Assembly: GCA_030141605.1 (NCBI GenBank)
Contig: JAQGDQ010000009.1
Location: 434,001-498,000 of the forward strand
DNA from: Tubiluchus corallicola
Lineage: Eukaryota > Animalia > Priapulida
Length of the DNA stretch: 64,000 nt
Direction: 5' to 3'
Positions 58,759 through 64,000 of this stretch are shown here, piece by piece. Each line of letters opens with the position of its first letter. Position 1 is the stretch's first letter. Position numbers and translations under genes: made by a program. A model generated the notes under the pieces. That model saw nothing but the letters and a program-made list of their open reading frames with translations, had not been told where the DNA came from and ran no database searches.

Positions 58759-59199
58759 TCTCTCTCTCCTCTTTTTTTCTCTCTCTCTCCCTCTCTTTCT
58801 TTAAATCTTACTCTGTCTCTCTTCCATTTGCCAGTCCAACTACCTATTTATCGCTTTATCAATCTATCTTCTAATCGATCAATTGATCGATCAGTCAATT
58901 AGTCATACTGTCTGTCTACCTACCTACCTATACCTACTTACCTATCTGCCATGTCACATCTATCTACCTATCCACAGACCTACCGATTGAATTCAAATTC
59001 ACATATACCCTAAAATGAAATTGTCATTATATAAAATGCCTATGAAATTAATCAGAACAATTTATTGAATAATTGTTTCATTTTTAGATTAACAGCGATT
59101 TAAACAGCATTCTAAAAAATGCCTAGAAAAAGTATATTAAAAATTCAAGAATTGCACACTTTGCCTACACAAACTTTTGCATTATTATACCTAGAAAAA

Positions 59200-59224
59200 G
59201 TATATATAAGTTATACATATATAA

Positions 59225-59261
<37 letters not shown>

Positions 59262-59290
59262 TAGTTATATATATATATATATATATAACT
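59200..59290. repeat. (TA)n array with small fold-backs
   Basis: ATAAGTTATA..TATAACTTAT and AGTTATA(TA)nTAACT. Confidence 0.85.
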
Positions 59291-60882
59291 GCCTGCATAT
59301 GGTTTGTTACTGTGAGAGATATAAAAATTGGATGATTGTGGTGGGGGTTGTACATGATATAATATGATATATACGTGCCTGAGGGCATAGCATTGATAAT
59401 ATGTCAGGCCTTGGTCTTACAGCGACCGGGGATCTGTCAGTGAATGGTTGAATGCTAGGTTCTGGTTTACCGAATTATACAAAAATCAAATTTCATCTAA
59501 TTATTTACTCATTTATTTAACTGACTCCGCTAGCTGTTTTCCTGTCTGCTAAAGTATATTATTATAAACCTATAATTATAAGTATATAAGTTTAATCATA
59601 CATGGTTCATATACGGTTCATGTGTGGAAAATCTCGGTTTCTACGGCCTATAAACACCTTGAAATATTTTGCGTGTCCTTGAAAAAATCGATCTGGGATC
59701 TTGAAACAATAGTTTAGGAAGACCGGCAACCCTAAAACGTAACTTAGTGAACAACAATTGAACAGCGTTCATAGAAGCCGTACGTTGATAGTGATTTTTA
59801 TGAAATTTTCTCATAGTCTAGCTATCTGTTGTAATCAGGTATATTAATAGTTGTTTTGCTCACAGTCTTTTAAGTTTGTCTCTCGTATGGCCAACGTTTG
59901 CTAGCACAATGTTTATTTTTTCTGATATGAACATTTGTGATTTACAAACTTGAGCGTGGAAAAAAACGATCTCCCGGTCAATTGTTCCCTTATTTGAATA
60001 GCCTTTCATTGTATTAATGATATGCCCGCTCTTACATTTACACTTTTTCTTTCATTTTGCGTTTACTAACTTTCTGTAATAATGCTGAAATAAATAAATT
60101 ATTCTAAAAAACCAACTAGTCAGACTCTGTGCTCTGCTGTGTTTCGTGGTTGCTGTAATTTGCATTTCTTGTAAACTTTTATATTGTTAAGTGTGCCAAT
60201 GTTGAAGTTCATGCATGTTATCTTTACAGAAAAACTTTATTCTGGTTCTTTGCAAATATGTCTTGTGTAATTGCTATCATTGATTTAAATTTATGAATGA
60301 ATGTGAATTGTGTTACTGTTAATTATCATCACTAACTAGTATTAACACTACACCTAAATAATGTAAACACATTGGCATAAAATACAAAGTCCTGCTAGTC
60401 TACTATACTCAAGTTGGATAAAATTAGGTTTAGATTAGGTTACATTTATTTATTTATCCATTTAGCACACTATTACTGTTATAAAATATGACAACAAAAT
60501 TGACAAATAGTGAGAGAAAGACAATGACACTGTTGATGATGATGACAATGGTGGTAACGATGATAATGATATTGAATTAGTACTGCAAATCATGATGCGC
60601 CAGGATCGATGACCTAAACCCAGTTAGCAAATTTTGCAATGTTATGAAGATTAGAATGAGCAATAAATGATAAAGATATGTAATAAAGAAGTTAAATTTC
60701 ATTGGAACCATGTAAAACAGTTTGTGAGATTGCTTATGTAATGATGCCGATATAAGGATTTGGAAAGCCATGGGCAAAAACCCATGTAATTACTTTGCAG
60801 TTAAAACTAACACGAGTTATACTGTTTTGCTTTATAGGTCTACTTTTAAAATATTTTGTCTCACTCTGAGATCACTGTTAAA

Positions 60883-61006
60883 ATGCCACTGAAATCAAAA
60901 GACTACACAAAACTGAAAGTTACTCAGCTACAGAATGAACTAAAGAAGAGGGGCTTGGAAGCCACTGGTGTAAAGGCTGTCCTTATAGATAGACTTAGAG
61001 AAAATG
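60883..61006 (+). CDS. PRPF39: SAP-domain exon (first coding exon of PRPF39)
   Basis: [41 protein letters not shown] fits the SAP consensus; acceptor tttatag at 60837, donor G|GTAAGG. Confidence 0.85.
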
Positions 61007-63706
61007 GTAAGGATGCACTTTTAAATATAAAATCATTAAAATCTAGCAAAAAATTTTGGTATTTTATGCTAAGTGCTTTAACTGTGTAATATTCAAAATG
61101 CTGTGGACTGTGGGGACTCAATGAACTTTAAACATAAACTTGTGTGCAAATATATTTGTGTTTTCTATTTACAAATTCCTTTTCAAATGTCAAATTTGCA
61201 TCTCCATCATAGACTCCTTGAAAGTCTCCCTTTGAAAGTCAAACCAGCAGTAATTCTGATATCGGTCTATCAAGTCTCCGCTTCATACCATTTGGCTTGA
61301 AGTGTTTCGTAAGATTTCTGAAAATCACCTTTATCCGTAAATTTCTCATCATGCATTTCACGCAGAAGGTGGAAACTTACACCTACACTAAGTCCTGTGT
61401 GGGTTCTTCGTCTGAAACAGTTTCAGGTCTCTACAGTGCGTCTTTGGACTGAAATCTTTAACAGCAATTCCGAAAAATTAATCCAGTTGAGGTAACACCG
61501 CTGTTAATGATGACTATTATGTGCACTTTTCTAAAAAGTGTAAAATTTGCAAAATAAAGTTACGTATTTGTGCAATTTATTTCTAGAAAAGGTCTTCTTA
61601 GGTTTTAACTGATCAATATTTGTAGTATTCATTAAAATTGCATTGCTGATCACCACACGTGAAGCTCTTTAAGTTACCTTGTTATTTACTGTGTGGTATA
61701 TAGTTTACAGCAAGCACAAAAACGACAATTGAATGTGTTTGCCAACTAGGCTGAAATATAGTTTCACTGATTCCATAACATGGACTAATATAACATAAAT
61801 TTTGGAAACATTCAGTATTCTTATGGCTAAGTATTCATTTTTGAAAGAAATTAAATTTATATGAGAAAGTAATTGCAAAATTTAAGGCAAGGTGAATGAC
61901 CAACTATTCTTATTGCGATGCTTTTGCAGACGAAGCACATGGTATGGCAAATGAAGAAATTGGAGGTGGGGACACAAGCACAGATGTGGCAGCTGACGAT
62001 AATGACGATGATGATATGTATGATGTAGAGGCAGATGAAAGTGATGTGACGGGTAATGGTATTGCAGAACAATCAGAGGAAATGGAAGCAGCTGCAGATG
62101 AAGTATCAAAGGATTCAACAGTTATAGAGGATCTTGAAACTCTCTATCTCTCTAGTATTGTCCAAGGTGATGATGAAGTTTCTTCTAGCAAACCAGGCGA
62201 CTCTGAGTTACCAATTGGTTCCGAAGGCATAGAAGATAACAGTGTTGAACAAGAAAGTCTTGAAGTTCAAGATGTGGAAAGTACAGTTACAGATCCAGAC
62301 AATCACCTAGGTGTTGCTGAACAACAAAAGCCAGGAGAAGCAGAAACTGTGAAAAAAGAATCTGAGCCTGCACATGTGGAGAGTGATACAGCTATTGATT
62401 CAACACCAACTGTGTCAAAAGAGAGAACCGATGTTCATGATGGAAGGCAAATTGAAACTACTACAGGTATTGAGGATAAGCAAAATGATGCAGCTTCGCC
62501 TATGGAAACCGAAACAATCACTGCCTCAGACGTTCAGGATGTTGACGGAAAGGAGAGTACAAACAAAGAGGATTTGGAGACAATAAAGGAAGCTGTAACA
62601 GCTTCAGCACCAACACTGGATGAAACTGAAAAAATGAAAGCTGTAGTGGCTTCTGAACCAGATGAAAAATTGATTAACTCTGACACAGTAGATAAGAAAA
62701 TAGAAGCACCAGTGGGAACTGAAGCTGAAGCAGCATTAGAAGTAATCAAAAAATTAGATGAAAAAGTGAAACCAGACAAAGATAAAGGAAGTCTTAGTGA
62801 TCAGATTGTTAAAACCAGTTCTGTAACAACTTCAGAAGCTGAAAAACAAGCAAAAAGTCCAAGCACTGCTGAGACTAAGAAAAATGAAGCCATTGTTGCA
62901 GACAGTAAGAAAAAAACAGACAAGGTTGAAGTTACAGTGGTGGAACTAAATCCAGAAGAAGAGAGGATTAGAAGAAGAGAAGAAAGAGACAAGAGGTTGG
63001 CAGAAAATAAACACTTGACTGAGTTGGATAAATTTTGGAAAGCTGTCATAGATAATCCTACAGATTTTACGGGCTGGACATACCTTCTTCAGTATGTTGA
63101 ACAGTCTGTAAGTGTTTTTAAGGATATATTTAACCTTGCTGTTTTTTAAATACATAGTCAAATGATTACTGAGATATTTTACCACACATAGACTTTTAAA
63201 TTTGACAACCTGATCCTAACTTCAGTGTTGTTTCAATTTACAAAGTAGATTATTAACTTATCTTCGCATTACAAACACTAAGCACTGTTGAATTTCGTAG
63301 AAAATGGTATCACTAATTTTAAGTTTGGTGATAATTTTTACTGCTGTTTAGTATTTACCTACTCTCTTCAGATGTATTTTATATGAGCCCGACAATAAAA
63401 ATATTTCTATCTGTAATCGCCCAGTAAGTTTTTCATGGCACAACTGGCCGTGAATTTTATAACTTTTTTGTGCGTTTACATGTAGTAATATTTTTAATTT
63501 GTAATAATGCAATTGATATAGTGCAAGTTTTTAACAATATTTACGCATATAACACTAACAGAATTCATTATATTTCGCAGCATAATCTTCCTGATTGCAG
63601 AGAAGCTTTCGACTCTTTTTTAGCCAAATATCCCTACTGCTTTGGCTACTGGAAGAAATATGCAGACATCGAGAAAAAGCATAAATACTATGAAACTGCC
63701 GAGCAG
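60883..63706 (+). CDS. PRPF39: Pre-mRNA processing factor 39 (HAT-repeat U1 snRNP factor), 5' part, with N-terminal SAP domain; continues beyond the window
   Basis: Exons 60883-61006, 61930-63107, 63581-63706 are phase-consistent. [24 protein letters not shown] and [26 protein letters not shown] match the first HAT repeats of PRPF39. Confidence 0.93.
61930..63107 (+). CDS. PRPF39: PRPF39 large exon: acidic disordered linker plus first HAT helix
   Basis: cttttgcag| phase-1 acceptor, open 1178 nt, TCT|GTAAGT donor. Confidence 0.93.
63581..63706 (+). CDS. PRPF39: PRPF39 HAT exon
   Basis: [42 protein letters not shown]. Confidence 0.96.
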
Positions 63707-64000
63707 GTAATTAGTAGCTTTTATTCATTCTTTTTTACAAAAATTTCACTTTTGTGGAAATTTAAATATTTTTACACTGATAAATCATTTTACCACATTC
63801 AACAGTGACATATTATCCTACGCGCAGTTATCGAAATTTGATAAAATATTATGATTATACAAATGTCGCCATAGATCCATTTAGAATATACTTCCGTTTG
63901 ATGTGTTGTGTCATAGCGGAAAAATGTGACCATTAACTGACTACTTCGCTGATGCTAAATAAAGCTGGCTGAATGGAACGAAGCAGGTAATGTGAGCATA

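Noticed and set aside
59119-59388. ORFs with YIYI runs
   Set aside because: Translations of (TA)n
61507-61613. Box C/D snoRNA in a PRPF39 intron (ATGATGA...CTGA)
   Set aside because: No convincing terminal stem or recognisable rRNA guide; such boxes are common in AT-rich DNA

Overview
Eukaryotic, AT-rich, intron-rich animal DNA. An invertebrate, probably spiralian/lophotrochozoan, is inferred from the kinesin light chain sequence; no prokaryotic features or CRISPR arrays are present. Four spliced genes were reconstructed by hand from GT-AG boundaries and reading-frame phase. (1) Kinesin light chain (KLC), minus strand, core exons 273-8606, with a >20 kb 5' region holding several candidate alternative first coding exons. 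(2) A complete 17-exon ABCD4 lysosomal cobalamin ABC transporter, minus strand, 33956-57871. (3) An unrecognised 7-exon coiled-coil gene on the plus strand (34703-43150), nested antisense inside the last ABCD4 intron; the ORF track shows it only as fragments. (4) The 5' part of PRPF39 (plus strand, from 60883), whose first coding exon is a SAP domain followed by a long acidic linker. Non-coding DNA contains a near-consensus twister ribozyme (29257-29341), several MITE families, Helitron/Helentron-like elements, LINE relics, tRNA- and 5S-derived SINE fragments, microsatellites and (TA)n-centred fold-backs. All protein identifications are from recalled family motifs; no database search was run.
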